The translations under genes and the position numbers were made by a program. A DNA stretch of 64,000 nt, taken from NCBI GenBank assembly GCA_038087875.1, contig CM075989.1, forward strand, positions 24,182,001-24,246,000, given 5' to 3'. A model generated the notes under the pieces. The model made no database searches and was not told the origin of the DNA. It saw only the letters and a list, made by a program, of their open reading frames with translations. This DNA comes from Malacoraja senta. Lineage: Eukaryota. How positions within the stretch are numbered: the stretch's first letter is position 1; every line of letters begins with the position of its first letter. Positions 12,765 to 25,799 of the stretch are shown here, one piece after another.

Positions 12765-13272
12765 GACAATAGACAATAGGTGCAGGGGTAGGCCATTCGG
12801 CCCTTCGAGCCAGCACCACCATTCAATGTGATCATGGCTGATCATCCCCAATCAGTACCCCGTTCCTGCCTTCTCCCCATATCCCCCTGACTCCGCTATC
12901 TTTAAGAGCCCTATCTAGCTCTCTCTTGAAAGTGCCCAGAGAACCGGCCTCTACCGCCCTCTGAGGCAGAGAATTCCACAGACTCACAACTCTCTGTGAG
13001 AAAAAGTGTTTCCTCGTCTCCGTTCTAAATGGCTTACCCCTTATTCTTAAACTGTGGGCCCTGGTTCTGGACTTCCCCAACATCGGGAACATGTTTCCTG
13101 CCTCTAGCGTGTCCAAACCCTTAATAATCTTATATGTTTCAATGAGATACCCTCTCATCCTTCTAAACTCCAGAGTATACAAGCCCAGCCACTCCATTCT
13201 CTCAGCATATGACAGTCCCGCCATCTCGGGGATTAACCTTGTAAACCTACGCTGCATTCCCTCAATAGCAAG
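12765..13272 (-). mobile_element. CR1 3' fragment with tail
   Basis: ORF 12832..13287 (QRRFTRLIPEMAGLSYAERMEWLGLYTLEFRRMRG); agacaat repeat tail. Confidence 0.92.
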
Positions 13273-15223
13273 AGTAGCACGCAACAAAAAAGCTATTCAT
13301 TGTAGCTCGGAACACTCGAAACTAAATAATGGGGATGCCTTCATAAGCATTTGAAAATGCATGGAGCATCAAAAGAAGGAAGCTATCTTCTGAAAAGTCA
13401 GGGGTGGACATTAAGTGTGGGTATTGACCACATCTCATGTACAAGTACAACAGATGTGAGTTGTGGTGGACTGGATACAGGGGGTGAAATAAAATTCTGG
13501 AATAACTCATCAAGTCAGGCAGCATCTCTAGAGATACAACAGAGAGGGAATGTGTCAGTCTCGAAGACTTCCATTGTTCTCTTGGTTGCAGAGGGAAGGC
13601 AAATGGTAAAAGTATACCTTCAGAAAGAAGATTGATAAATAATTTTGCTCATTTTTTTGGTTGAAAATCCAGAATGATTGAAATATATTACCAGCAATAA
13701 AACCTCTTGGATCTTGCATGAATTGGAACAGTAGTGCTCTATCAAACTTGTAGCTTTTCCCCAGATGCGTGGGAATAATAAGAAGCATAATGTTCACGAG
13801 AGGACCAGGAGAGAGGTAGCTTGTATTTCTGTGTCCCTCCAGTACCCCCACTTTTGTAATTGGTTTGTCTACGACTGGAAAGTTTTTGTCTATTTGCTGG
13901 TAGACATTTTACCTCTTCTCAACCTGGATGTGCCTGTCCAAATGTAGGAAGGAATAGGACAAGTTGTTACTGGATATCCAGGAGATTGGAAATCTATTTA
14001 AAAAGTAATTCAACACTCACTAAATTCTCTGCTAAAATTGCCACCAGTGTCAGCAGAGGTTGCTGTAAGTAGGTTTAAGTTGGAAGCTAATTGTATTGTT
14101 TGAACGTCTGCGGGGAGCGATGGTCCTAACCTGACTTGATTCTCAGCCTGTTTCACTAATGCGCATGCCAAGTTACCAAGAAAAGAAAATATCACCAGAT
14201 TCTTGAAAATAAAATTGTTAATTGTTAACTTGCGTACAATCCTGACACCTTTATAATAATGTCCACATGTGTGGCTTTGATTTGGGTTATTTTTAGTAGT
14301 GGGAATTTTGACCCTTAGCCAAGTTTGTGGGTGGACAAACTCTGTGTGACCCACGCCACATTAATTTCACAGTGGTTTTGCCTCAGTAGTAACATGTGCA
14401 AAATTTATATGTTCCTTTTATGAGCAATTCTGATGAGAAACTTGGATGGATGATGGTTGGAACAAAGCAATGGTCAACAATTTATTTTGTAATTCTGGGA
14501 GTAATTGAGGTGACAGTTGAAGGAATGCATCAATAATATTCAATTTGTCTCACAACGAACCTTTCATTCCATTTATTAACTTGTAGCCCCGCTATGGTGA
14601 GTAGGGTTTGTATATGTTGGTAGTGCACCAAGTTCTCTGCAAAAAATTATATTTATTTATTCAATCGGTTGAAGGTGCCAAAGAAGATGAAATCCTCAAT
14701 CTAAACATCGAAGAATGGCTTGTAGTTAGTTTATAGGGGTATTTAGTTTGTATTCATTATATCGAATGGCTAAAAAATATAAGCGTTGGCCGAAAAAAGA
14801 CAATAAAAGCAAAGTATTTTGTGAAATTAAATCTAATACCGAAGAGAAGGGTGAGCAAGGTGAAATATGTAGTGTGGTAAAAGCATGCGGCTGTAAAATA
14901 AAACTTGGAGGAAATTAGAAAACAAACACATTTTTATTGGATTTAAAGAAAAATTGAATGCAGTCATTGTGATGGCCGTAAACGGAAGAGGGTTACACAC
15001 AATAGCCACCAGTTGGAAGAATTCACAATTGTTGACTGGAACCCCAACTCCACAAAGTAAAGTAGCAGATATTGTGGCACTTTATGAAGAACCCATTTAC
15101 TGAAAAATATCAATCTCAATACATGTGCAGATGTATAAATGGCTTGATTTTCTCAGGTAGTGGTGGCCATGGGGAATATTGTACCACCACACAATGCATT
15201 AAATATGATGCATTCATGATAAA

Positions 15224-15930
15224 CTAGACCAAGTGGGACCCATTGGGCCCCGTTCCCCTCACGCAATATTCCACCACTCACCCGCTCCCCCAACGCAACC
15301 CGTTTCCACACTCACCCGTTCCCCTAACGCAACCCGTTCCCCAACGCAATATTCCACCACTCACTCATAGCCCCCAACTGCGCAGGCGCGGCTCATTTCC
15401 CCTCATCCCCCAACACTCCCTCCCCATCCTCTTCACGCTCCCTTTTCTATCCCCTCTCCTCCACTCCCTCCCTCCCTCCATAACCCCTCTCCCCTCCCTA
15501 CCCCCTTGACGTCATTGTGAGGTGGAAGCTGCTTTTATGAGAATTGCTCATAAAAGGAACATATAAATTTTGCACATGTTACTACTGAGGCAAAACCACT
15601 GTGAAATTAATGTGGCGTGGGTCACTCAGTCACTTTAATGTAATTGAGATCCCATCGTGATGTCATTGTGGGGTGGAGCACTGCTCACGGGCAGTTTATG
15701 TAAATGAGATCCCATGTTGATGTCATAGCAGCTAACTGCCACTGCAAGTTCAAGTGATTTTTCTCAAAGTGGGGTTTTGTAAAGTAAAAAATGTGAATAA
15801 CTTGTAAAATATAACATCAATCTGAACAAAGCTTGATAAAAACACACCAATGGACAATTGTGGTCCAAAAATTGTAGCGCTATCGTGTACTGTTTTGGCG
15901 TTGTTCTGGGAGCACATGGGCACACACGCA
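15224..15930 (-). mobile_element. Non-autonomous Helitron-like element
   Basis: On the minus strand it ends GGGGCCCAATGGGTCCC (hairpin)-ACTTGGT-CTAG|T, the canonical Helitron 3' end. Contains internal short tandem repeats; the 5' TC end is not resolved. Confidence 0.65.
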
Positions 15931-16213
15931 GAATCAGCATGTTTCCATACTGTATCTTTCAATCAATCAGCAAATTTACTATTTCAACCAAGGGCGTGTG
16001 ATCATGACAGAGATTTAAACAATCTTGCAGCTTTTCATGTGATAGGAGTAGGATTAGGCCATTCGGCCCATCAAGTCTACTCCGCCATCCAATCATGGCT
16101 GATCTATCTCTCCCTCCTAACCCCATTCTCCTGTCTTCTCCCAATAACCTCTTTTATATTGGGTGCTTGGAATTCCTCCATTTTCTCAACTCAGAGATTG
16201 GATGAATTACTGT

Positions 16214-16386
16214 TTAAGAAGGAACTGCAGATGCTGGAAAATCGAAGGTAGACAAAAATGCTGGAGAAACTCAGCGGGTGAGGCAGCATCTATGGAGCGA
16301 AGGAAATAGGCAATGTTTCGGGTCGAGGCGCTTCTGTCTGAAGAAACGTTGCCTATTTCCTTCGCTCCATAGATGCTGCCTCACCC
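16214..16386. mobile_element. PLE-derived foldback (subtype B) with 14-bp TSD
   Basis: TSD ggatgaattactgt at 16200-16213 and 16387-16400. Confidence 0.8.
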
Positions 16387-17193
16387 GGATGAATTACTGT
16401 ACTTAGTTATAGTGTTGTGCAGAACGGAAACAGGCCCTTCTGCCCAACGTGCCCTTGCCGACCAAGATACAATACGATGTAACTTTATTTATCCCAGGAG
16501 GGAAATTGATCTGCCAACAGTCATAAACACATAATACATGAAACATGAAATTAAAGTGACGAGTGGAAAGGATTGGGGATGTGCAAAGATTGGGGAGGGG
16601 GGGGGAGTCATACTCCAGTTATGCTAGTCCCACCTGCCCACGTTTGGCCCATATCGCTCTAAATCTTTCCTACCCAAGTTCCTGCCCTAATGCTGATGTC
16701 CTGCCACTGGGCATGTTCATGTTGTCCCCAAAGATTTTCTGTAAATGGAGACGTCACGATTTCTGCTAAATTGGACCTGAAAGGCACTCGGATACTTAAG
16801 CAAGTTGTAAATACCTTGGACTGCAGAAATGTGGTTCCTGGTTTACTGTTTTGGAGGCTTGATGAGTCATCTGGTGTTGACGCAGTAAACATTTTTGAAT
16901 TATGAGGTGACATTTCTCGGCAATCTAATTGATTTTCTGAGAGTGGACCGTTGGCAGCTGTGTGTGTGTTGTGCTCTTGCTGTAGCTGGACCACTGAAAA
17001 ATCATCAGCAAGTGGGTGACTGAGAGAGACTTGCAGATAATCATTCACATTGATGAAGTTTAACTCTAAACCTCCCCCTTCTTCAACAATTATCATCCAT
17101 GCATCACCATCGTGTATCTTTGGAGAGAGTCCAAACTTAAAGGCCACCGTCCACTGCCTCATCCACTGCTCCTTCTGTACTACTGTGTGGGTC

Positions 17194-17465
17194 AGCACAG
17201 TGGCGCAGCGGTAGAGCAGGAGCAGAGACCCGGGTTCGATCCCGACTACGGGTGCTGTCTGTACAGAGTTTGCACGTTCTCCCTGTGACTGCGTGGGTTT
17301 ACTCCGGGTGCTCCAGTTTCCTCCCACACTCCAAAAACGTACAGGTTTGTAGTTTAATTGGCTTAGTATAATTGTAAATTGTTCCAAGTGTGCGTAGGAT
17401 AGTGCTCGTGTGCGAGGTTGGCACGGACTAGGTGGGCCGAAGGGCCTGTTTCCGCGCTGTATCGA
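17194..17465 (+). mobile_element. V-SINE
   Basis: A/B boxes, V-domain and gggccgaagggcctgtttcc 3' end. Confidence 0.85.
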
Positions 17466-18149
17466 AAGGAAAGTCTAGCATTAAAGGAATGGAAACATGC
17501 TTTGAGAAGAGAGAAGGTATTACTCGCAGACATAACAAACTGCACCAGCTACGGTGAAGTGTCCAAACCGGCCATTCATCTATTGGGTATGTTTGTTTGA
17601 GCTGAAAGGGAATGGTTTCTCAGCCAGATGATGAAAGTACCTGGGCATCATGATAATCTGTTATCACAGCTGCACCACGAGTTTAAACTATAATTCTCTA
17701 AATAAGCACCAGAGAGACCTTATTTTGAGGGCAGTCTCGATGCTTTCATTTATATGGAATGACCCGCACTCAAAAATAACAATCGATGAAACAAAAACCT
17801 CTGCAGACGTCGGAAATCTGAAATAAAAACAGAAAGTGTTGGGCCTGGAAAGGAAGGCGGAGTTTATGTTTAATTTCTCTCTCCGCAGATGCCGTCTGGC
17901 TGCTGAATGGTTTCTGCATTTTCTGTCTTTAACTCAAAAGTAGACACTGTCCAGCTTCAACCCTTCCTCTGTCAACTCCATGTTTCAAATGCTTGCACGC
18001 TCGATGGATTAAGTGCGGCTTCTTATTTGTTATTGACGTGCACCGAAGTACGGTGAAAAGCTTTGTTTTGCATGCTGTCCAAGCAAATCAGATAATACTA
18101 TAACGATACATAATGAGGCCATACTGACATGCAATAGGTACAGAAAATG

Positions 18150-18340
18150 GACGATAGTTTCTTCCCAGCTGTTATCAGGCAACTGAACCACCCTCTCACC
18201 AACTAGAGAGCAGTCCTGAGCTACCATCTACCTCATTAGAGACCCACGGAACTATCTTTAATTGGACTTTACTGGACGTTATTGTGCAAGATTCCCTTTC
18301 TCCTGTCTCTGAACACTGTGGATGGCTTGATTGTAATCAT
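18150..18340 (+). mobile_element. Rex1/Babar-like LINE 3' fragment
   Basis: gatagtttcttcccagctgttatcaggcaactgaac (DSFFPAVIRQLN). Confidence 0.75.
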
Positions 18341-18927
18341 ATCTTGACACAACAAGCTGGAGTAACTCAATGGGTCAGATGGCATCTCTGGATTGTGTTT
18401 TAGAACGTACAAACTCCGTACAGGCAGCATCTGCAGACGGGATCGAACCTGGGTCCCTGGTGCTGTAAGGCAGCAACGCTACCGCTGTGCCACCCTACAA
18501 AAGAAAGGAAGCTCTCTGCATCTTCAGAAGCACTTGTTAGCCCGACGAGTGTGTCCAGTTCAGGATGTGAAGCTGGAAGAGAATTGCAAAGATAAACTGG
18601 AATGGTTACTGGAAGGAGAGACCTCAGTGATAAGAGTGCAGAGAGCAGAGGGATGTTAAATATGACGGAGTGGGTGCGAGGAGAAGCTGATTCCCTTCGT
18701 GATAATAGCTACAAAATGTTGGAGTAACTTAGCGGGATCGGCAGCATCTCTGGAGAGAAGTGATAAGTTCCCCTAGCGATAAGTTCGCCAACTCAAAGAT
18801 ACAGATTTGATGGAATAAATAAATGAATTTGAAGACAGGTGAGCTATTTTGTTACAACTGAATCCATTGATGGAGCAGGCAGTAACTACAGATTTTAATA
18901 ACTAAAACTAATCTTAATAACTAACGG

Positions 18928-19232
18928 TGGCACGGTGGCGCAGCGGTAAAGTTGTTGCCTCACAGCGTCAGAGATCCGGGTTAGATCCTGACTACGGGCG
19001 CTGTCTGTATGGAATTTAAGCTCTCCCTGTGACCCCGTGGGTTTTCTCCGGGTGCTCCGGTTTCCTTCCACACTCCAAAGACGTGCAGGTTTGTAGGTTA
19101 ATTGGCTTGGTATAAATGTAATTTGTCCTTAGTGTGTAGGATAGTGTTGATGTACGGGGATCGCTGGTCGACGCGGACACGTCGGTCGAAGGGCCTGTTT
19201 CCGTGCTGTATCTCTAAACGAAACGAAACAAA
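18928..19232 (+). mobile_element. V-SINE
   Basis: Full-length copy with (AAACG)n tail. Confidence 0.85.
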
Positions 19233-19357
19233 TATTGAGGACGTCTCCCCGTGTTCCCTTTAAACACACGGAGTCCCCCATCCCCTCCGGTCCTTTGGGG
19301 CGTCCAGCGCCCAATTCCCAAACTCTCCGAGACCAGCGTGTTCCCATTTTCCAAGTT

Positions 19358-19456
19358 CCCTCTGATGAAGGGTCTCGACCCGAAACGTCACCGATTCCTT
19401 CTCTCCAGAGATGCTGCCTGTCCCGCTGAGTTACTCCAGCATTTTGTGTCTATCTT
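19358..19456 (+). mobile_element. PLE-derived unit with CTGATGA hammerhead core
   Basis: ctgatga-a-gggtctcgaccc-gaaa-cgtc at 19362-19389. Confidence 0.75.
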
Positions 19457-19854
19457 CCCTTTAAACCTACTGGCAGATTGGAAAGTGTATATTATACCAG
19501 TGTAACCTCTCAAAGAAAGGGATTTAAATGTGCTTTGGGGGATTAATCGGAATAACATTCAATGGTCCTGACAATTCTGTGTCGGAACACCACAATGCCC
19601 GGAGGGTACAGGATTACCACAGCTTTATGGTGGTAGCTTTCGAAAGCCAGAAGTGGATTACCTTTGGCTCTGACTATGATTCTGATCTATGTTCACGTTG
19701 CTCCTCTATAAAACCATCTGTAATGGGTTTTGTAAACAAGCACTTGCAGACAAATCAAACCAACACAACCAAGCACTGAGTTTGTTAAGCATCTAGAATG
19801 GACTATCTACCCTATCAAACCTCTGCCCTCGCCTATATCCACCTACCGAAAATG

Positions 19855-20390
19855 TAAGATGGACACAAAATGCTGGAGTAACTCAGCGGGTCAGGCAGCA
19901 TCTCTGGAGAGAAGAAATAGATGACGTTTCAGGTCGAGGCCCTTCAGTCTGAAGAAGGGTCTTGACCCGAAACGTCACCTATTCCCTTTTTGCTGGAGAT
20001 GCTGCCAGACCCGTTGTTACTCCAGCATTTTGTCTATTGTCAGTGTAAACCAGCATCTGCAGTTCCTTCCTACACATATTACCTGTCATGTTTTGTCCTG
20101 CCTCTCTCTTCTTTCAGCTTTCTCCCCCCCACCCCCACCACCTACAATCGGTCTGAATAAGGGTTTCAATCCGAAACATCGCCTTTTTTTTAGAGGTACT
20201 GCCTAACCCGTTGAGTTACTCCAGCACTTTGTGTCTTTTTGTGTAATAACCAACATCTGCAGTTCCTTCTTTCTAGAAGGGACCAGAGCTGACCCCATCC
20301 ATTCTCTGCACAGAAGGTGCCTGAACCACTGAGTTACTCCTGCACTTTGAGTTTCACTCAAGATTCAAGTATCTGCATTTCCTTGTGTCG
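19855..20390. mobile_element. Cluster of PLE-derived units (foldback plus two diverged copies)
   Basis: Intact core at about 19949-19976 and a degenerate core at about 20153. Confidence 0.75.
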
Positions 20391-20809
20391 AGGCCTTCAA
20401 GGGTTCTACTGTGTGAAATATTTCATGCACCACTGGTCTCTTTATAGGAGTTGACAATAGCACTGAATAAACCTTTACCTTACATTTCCCTATCCACTAT
20501 TCTAGCAATGGAGGAAGTAATCGATTTCTATAGAGTGAATGCCTAGTTTAAATTAGCAGACACAAGGATGCTGGAGGATTCTGCTAAATATTCACCCAGG
20601 TAAATTCTAAACCAACATTTGTATTTAACTGAGCTTAATTCCAGAGCTAAGATCTAAGTCTGGTTTCAACCACTAACAGAGCACTGAAACCCTCCTTGAT
20701 GAAGTTGCAGATGTCGACTTTTGTAAATGTCATCAAACTGTTGGGCAGCACGGACTCCTCATTGACGTGCTACGGCCAAAAACCAAATCAAGCGGTACCT
20801 TTGGGAAAG

Positions 20810-21485
20810 AAGGTAGATACAAATTCTGGAGAAACTCAGCGGGTGAGGCAGCATCTATGGAGCGAAGGAAATAGGTGACGTTTTGGGTCGAGACCCTTCT
20901 TCAGACTGATGGGGGGGGGGGGGGAAGAAGAAAGGAAGAGGCAGAGACAGTGGGCTGTGGGAGAGCTGGGAAGGGGAGAGGAAAGAGGGAGAAAGCAAGG
21001 ACCAAAGATCCTATAGCAAGCAAGATAGATCACTCGATGAAAAAGACGTAGTACGGTCATGGGCAGATTCATGGGTAATTTTCGGCCCCATTTCCGTAAC
21101 CGGCTTCCGTCTCCGCACCAAAGATCCCATAGCGGAGCAAAGATAACTAGTGCGGTGATGGAAGCCGGTTACGGAAACATCCTCGTAAAAATAAAAGTTC
21201 TTTGGTAAAAATCTTCTCCTCATTTTCAGAATTATAATTTATTAACACAAACTGTTCCCCCGCAACGTTGATTACACTGTGGGTCGGGTTACTGAAATGG
21301 ATGAAAAAAAGGCCCACGTTCGCTCCGTTGCGTACTACACGTCAGCCCATTGCATTTAGAAGGCGTGGTCTATCTTGCTCCGCTATAGGATCTTGGCAAG
21401 GAATACCTGAAATTAGAGGTCAATGTTCATATCGCTGGGTGTAAACTGCCCAAGCGAAATATGAGGTGTTGTTCCTCCAATTTAC
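20810..21485 (-). mobile_element. Penelope-like element 3' fragment interrupted by a MITE
   Basis: Terminal repeat with hammerhead-like motif at 20875-20905; 21405-21485 encodes the GIY-YIG tail (KLEEQHLIFRLGSLHPAI..NID). Confidence 0.8.
21003..21395. mobile_element. MITE with about 33-bp imperfect TIRs and 8-bp TSD (P-element- or hAT-like)
   Basis: Ends CAAAGATCCTATAGC.. and ..GCTATAGGATCTTG; TSD gcaaggac at 20995-21002 and gcaaggaa at 21396-21403. Confidence 0.85.
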
Positions 21486-21845
21486 GGTGGGAAAAAAGTT
21501 ATTTGGGAAAGAAGTTCTTTCTCCAAAGCGATTTCATTGAGAGACTGCACTTGGAAATGTGAGGATCGGAGAAGATCTTGTTCGCTTCTGCTGGAAAGTA
21601 GCACATTTAGATGCAATGACACAATACCCTGAAGGAAGAGGATGGTGGTCATAAATGAGGTGGTAAATTGAAACATAAAATATAAATTGTGTTTTAAAAC
21701 TCTCCAGTTTTCACAACAGTTTTAGGAGCCATGGTTATGGGTGGAGATGTTGGATTATTGCAATGGTCAGTGTCATTTACATGTTCCTCTTGTGAAGAGC
21801 AATCAAGAGCAATTATACAACAAGAGATAGACTCAATGAGATAAA

Positions 21846-22283
21846 GTCATAGAGTGACACGGTGTAGAAACAGGCCCCTTGGCCCAACTTGCCCACACCG
21901 GCCAACAATGTCCCAGCTACACTAGGCCCACCTGCTGCGCTTGGCCCATATACCTCCAAACCTGTCCTATCCATAACTATTTCTTAAATGATGGATAGTC
22001 CCATCCTCAACTACCTCCTCTGGCAGCTTGTTCCACACACCCACCACCCTTTGTGTGAAAAAGTTACCCCTCGGATTCCAATTAAATCTTTTCCCCTTCA
22101 CATTGAACCTATGTCCTCTGGACCTCGATTCCCCTACTCTGGGCAAGAGACTCTGTGCATCTACCCGATCTATTCCTCTCATGATTTTGTACACCTCTAT
22201 AAGATCATCCTTCACCCTCCTGCCCTCCAAGGAATAGAGAGAGACCCAGCCTACTCAACCTCTCCCTGTAGCTCACACCCTTG
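21846..22283 (-). mobile_element. CR1 3' fragment
   Basis: DLIEVYKIMRGIDRVDAQSLLPRVGESRSRGHRF..FFTQRVVGVWNKLP. Confidence 0.92.
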
Positions 22284-22932
22284 GTGCCCTTGCGCTTGCA
22301 TTTTAAAACAATGGAGATGAATCTCAGGGTTACCTCTTTGGTGCTTTGAACGCTGAATGAATGTGAGCTCTCAAAAAATGTTGATAATGTGAATGGAATG
22401 TATTTGTGGCAGCTCCAGTGTCTGTGAGTTCCCTTGGTGCCTGTTTAGAGGGAAGGAAACCAAATGATTCATGGTGCCAGTGGCCAGCCCTACCCGGATG
22501 GCTTTCTTTACTGAAGGTTTTATTCCATTCTCAGAGGCACAATGCAGCTTTACTGTGTTCTCTTCCACCAACTAAAGTTACCATGATATTTTCTATAAAC
22601 CTTTCACATGTTTTCCTGTATGTCACCGTTAACCAGCCCTAGTCATCGCCACCTAATTGTGCGTGCTTCCAGCCATTTACTTTGGCTCTCCGGAGTCTTG
22701 ATTTCCTTGCAAAGTTTCACTGAGTTGTTTTGTTAGGCAACTGTTTGGTGAAGCACTGAATTATATGCCTTTAATTTTGGGAAACTTACATCTGGTTTCA
22801 TGTTCATACCAGTTATTTTATGAAGAGAACGTCAGTTTTTTTTAAGACTGAGCCACAGACATTTACTAAATGTGTCCCAATTGTCTTGGATGCGCAGATT
22901 TCTACAAATGGGGGTTGCAGTACGAAGACCCT

Positions 22933-23875
22933 TTTTAGTTTAGTTTAGTTTATTGTCACGTGTACCGAGGTACAGTGAAAAGCTTTTTGTTGCGTCCTGC
23001 ACAGTCAGCAGAAAGACAAGAGTCAAGAGTGTTTTATTGTCATGTGTCCCAGATAGGACAATGAAATTCTTGCTTGCTGCAGCACAACGGAATATGTAAT
23101 CATAGTAGATAACGTGAGAAAAAACAGTTCAGTGTGTGTACACACATGCACACATACCCAATAAATAAACAAATATAGTGCAATAATAATAATAGTCTGT
23201 TGTAGTTCAGAGCTTATTTGTTGTGGTGTTTAATAGCCTGATGGCTGTAGGGAAGAAACTGTTCCTGAACCTGGACGTTACAGTTTTCAGGCTCCTCTAC
23301 CTTCTTCCTGATGGCAGTGGTGAAATTAGTGTGTGGCCAGGATGGTGTGGGTCTTTGATAATGTTGCCTGCCTTTTTGATACATGATTACAATCAAGCCG
23401 TCCACAGTATACAGATACAGGATAAAGGGAATAATGTTCAGTGTAAGATAGAGTCCGATTAAAGATAGTCTGAGGGTCTCCAATGTGGTAGATGGGAGTT
23501 CAGGACCGCTCGTTAGTTGGTGATAGGATGGCTCAGTTACTTGATAGCAGCCGGGAAGAAACTGTCCTTGAATCTGTATGTGTGCGTTTTCACACTTCTG
23601 TACCCCTTGCCCGATGGGAGAGGGGAGAAGAGTGAGTGACCGGGGTGAGAATGGTCCTTGATTTTGCTGGTGGACTTGCTGAGGCAGCTTGCGGTGTAGA
23701 TGGAGTCAATGGAAAGGAGGTTGGTTTGTGTTTCCTCTCCCTACATCAGTCTGAAGAAGGGTTTCGGCCCGAAACGTTGCCTATTTCCTTCGCTCCATAG
23801 ATGCTGCCTCACCCGCTGTGTTTCTCCAGCACTTTTGTCTACCAATGATTTGCGTGATGGTCTGGACTGCATCCA
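22933..23875 (-). mobile_element. Rex1/Babar-like 3' fragment containing a second Rex1 (about 23019-23378) and a PLE unit (about 23732-23843)
   Basis: (TTTAG)n tail; reverse-frame homology of type DPHHPGH..LLPSGRR.RSLKT..SRFRNSFFP; outer copy resumes at atacatgattacaatc. Confidence 0.8.
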
Positions 23876-24279
23876 ATTATGTGTTTTTATATCCAGTGGA
23901 ATAATAATTGTCGCATGACAGTGCTCGAAAGATATTTTCTCCTGATACAAATCTGCATGAAGATGGCGGAAGATCTAACAGGAAATATATTGGGGCGTTT
24001 ACCAGATATGCCACTGTTAATGTAGACATTGACCTGCAAGATTACAAGTGGTTGCCATGAACACAAGATTTGAAACAGAAAGATGAAGGCATGTCCTTGT
24101 TGTGAAAGTCCTTTGAGTATTTGTTTCCTAATTACAAAAGCTGAGAAGTAGGGATGTTAATTATGTTGAGAACATTGTAAAAATATTGTCGGTTAAATGT
24201 TTTCACCATTACCTGTTGAACAATTGAAGGTGGGAAGAGGCATATTCAGGTAGGAACACCTGCCACGGCAACAACAAGT

Positions 24280-24580
24280 GTGAAAACGCACACCTCCAGA
24301 TTCAGGGAGTTTCTTCCCAGCTGCTATCAGGCAACTGAACCATCCTATTAGCAACTACAGAGTGGTCCTGAGCTACCATCTATCGCCTTGGAGACCCCAG
24401 AGCTATCTTTAATCGACCTTAATGGGCTTTATCTTGCAATAATTGCTAAACCCTTCATCCTGTATCTGTACTGTGGAAGGCTTGATTGGAATCATGTCTA
24501 GTCTTGTCGCTGACTGGACAGCACGCAACAGAAAGCTTTTCACTGTACCTCTGTACCTCGTGCAATAATAATCTAAACTT
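24280..24580 (+). mobile_element. Rex1/Babar-like 3' fragment
   Basis: gaaaacgcacacctccagattcaggga..tttcttcccagctgctatcaggcaactgaac. Confidence 0.75.
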
Positions 24581-25799
24581 GTATCAATGTGCCATTTTTA
24601 ATGAAGTCCAACATTTATAGGTCTTCTTTGAATTATTAAACAGGGATCACAGTCGCACAACGCAGAAATAGGCTTTGAGGCGATTTCAGTCCACGCCAGG
24701 GAGGGTGAGGAGATGGAGGGATTTGTAAAAACATAGCAACAAGGAACACCAGATGCTAGTTAATACTCAAAAGGACACAAAGTGCTTGAGTAAAACTCAG
24801 CAGGATAGGCAACATCTGTGGACAGCATGATTAGGTGACGCTTTTGGGTCATGACCCTTCAGACTAATTGCAGAGAGGGAGAAGAAAGCTGGAAGAGGGG
24901 AGAGAGGCAGGCCAAAGTGTGGTAGGTAATAGGTGGACACAGGCGAGGGGGGGCTTTGATAGGCAGATGGGTGGAACAAAGGGCAGAGATAAAAGCAGAA
25001 CCAAGTTTGATCAGTTGAAGATGAGTATTTATCGGTGAGCCAGAGTGCCTTGGCAAATATGTGAAGGATGGGCCAGTGGGATTTGTTGCAATGTGGCCAA
25101 GATTACCAAAGAAAACATATCATCTAAAGGAAAATATTTGCTAACATTGGTGATCTCAGGATGTCCCAATGGACCTTGTAGAGTTTTGGGTACTTATGAA
25201 GCGTTGTAACCATTGTAGTGCATAGAGGTAAATGGACATTTTACTGGCATTGACTCTTTGTAAACGCAAGTTCCTTCTTTAAATAGCAAGTACAAAATAT
25301 ATCTTGAGTCATTTATGTTTTTCCAGAGCAAATGGTTTGAATCAATAATATTTTAAGCCAATGGCTTAGATGCTGCAGTTCACAATAGTGAAGGAACTTT
25401 GGCAGGGATTAGAAGAACAATCCAACTTTGATCGTATGTGTGCTTTTATGGAATCTCTTGAAATTACCAAAGCTAACTTTTATCAAAGTGCTTGAACAAA
25501 AAAAGACACTGTGTGTATTGTGTAAAGTGCCAGCTGGAACTGCATCTATAAAATCCAAACATTGGGATCGAGAATTGCCAACCATAAAATATTCTGTCAA
25601 CAAAATGATTCAAACTAGGACACCACAGAGCTCAAAGTCTATACAATGGCTTACCATTTGATTTGATGATACGCTTCAACGATGACTTCTTATATCATAT
25701 TGTTTTCCATTGTTCTATCTTATTCCGCTGTCAATCTTCCCACCCCCTCTTCCCAAGAATGTAGACTCATGCACTTTTACAAATCATGATAGAGGGTTT

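Noticed and set aside
15040..15180. Faint retroviral RNase H-like peptide (KVADIVAL..)
   Set aside because: Too degenerate, with stops and no supporting flanking motifs.
16659..17387. 242-aa minus-strand ORF
   Set aside because: Begins in an antisense V-SINE and has no recognisable domain.
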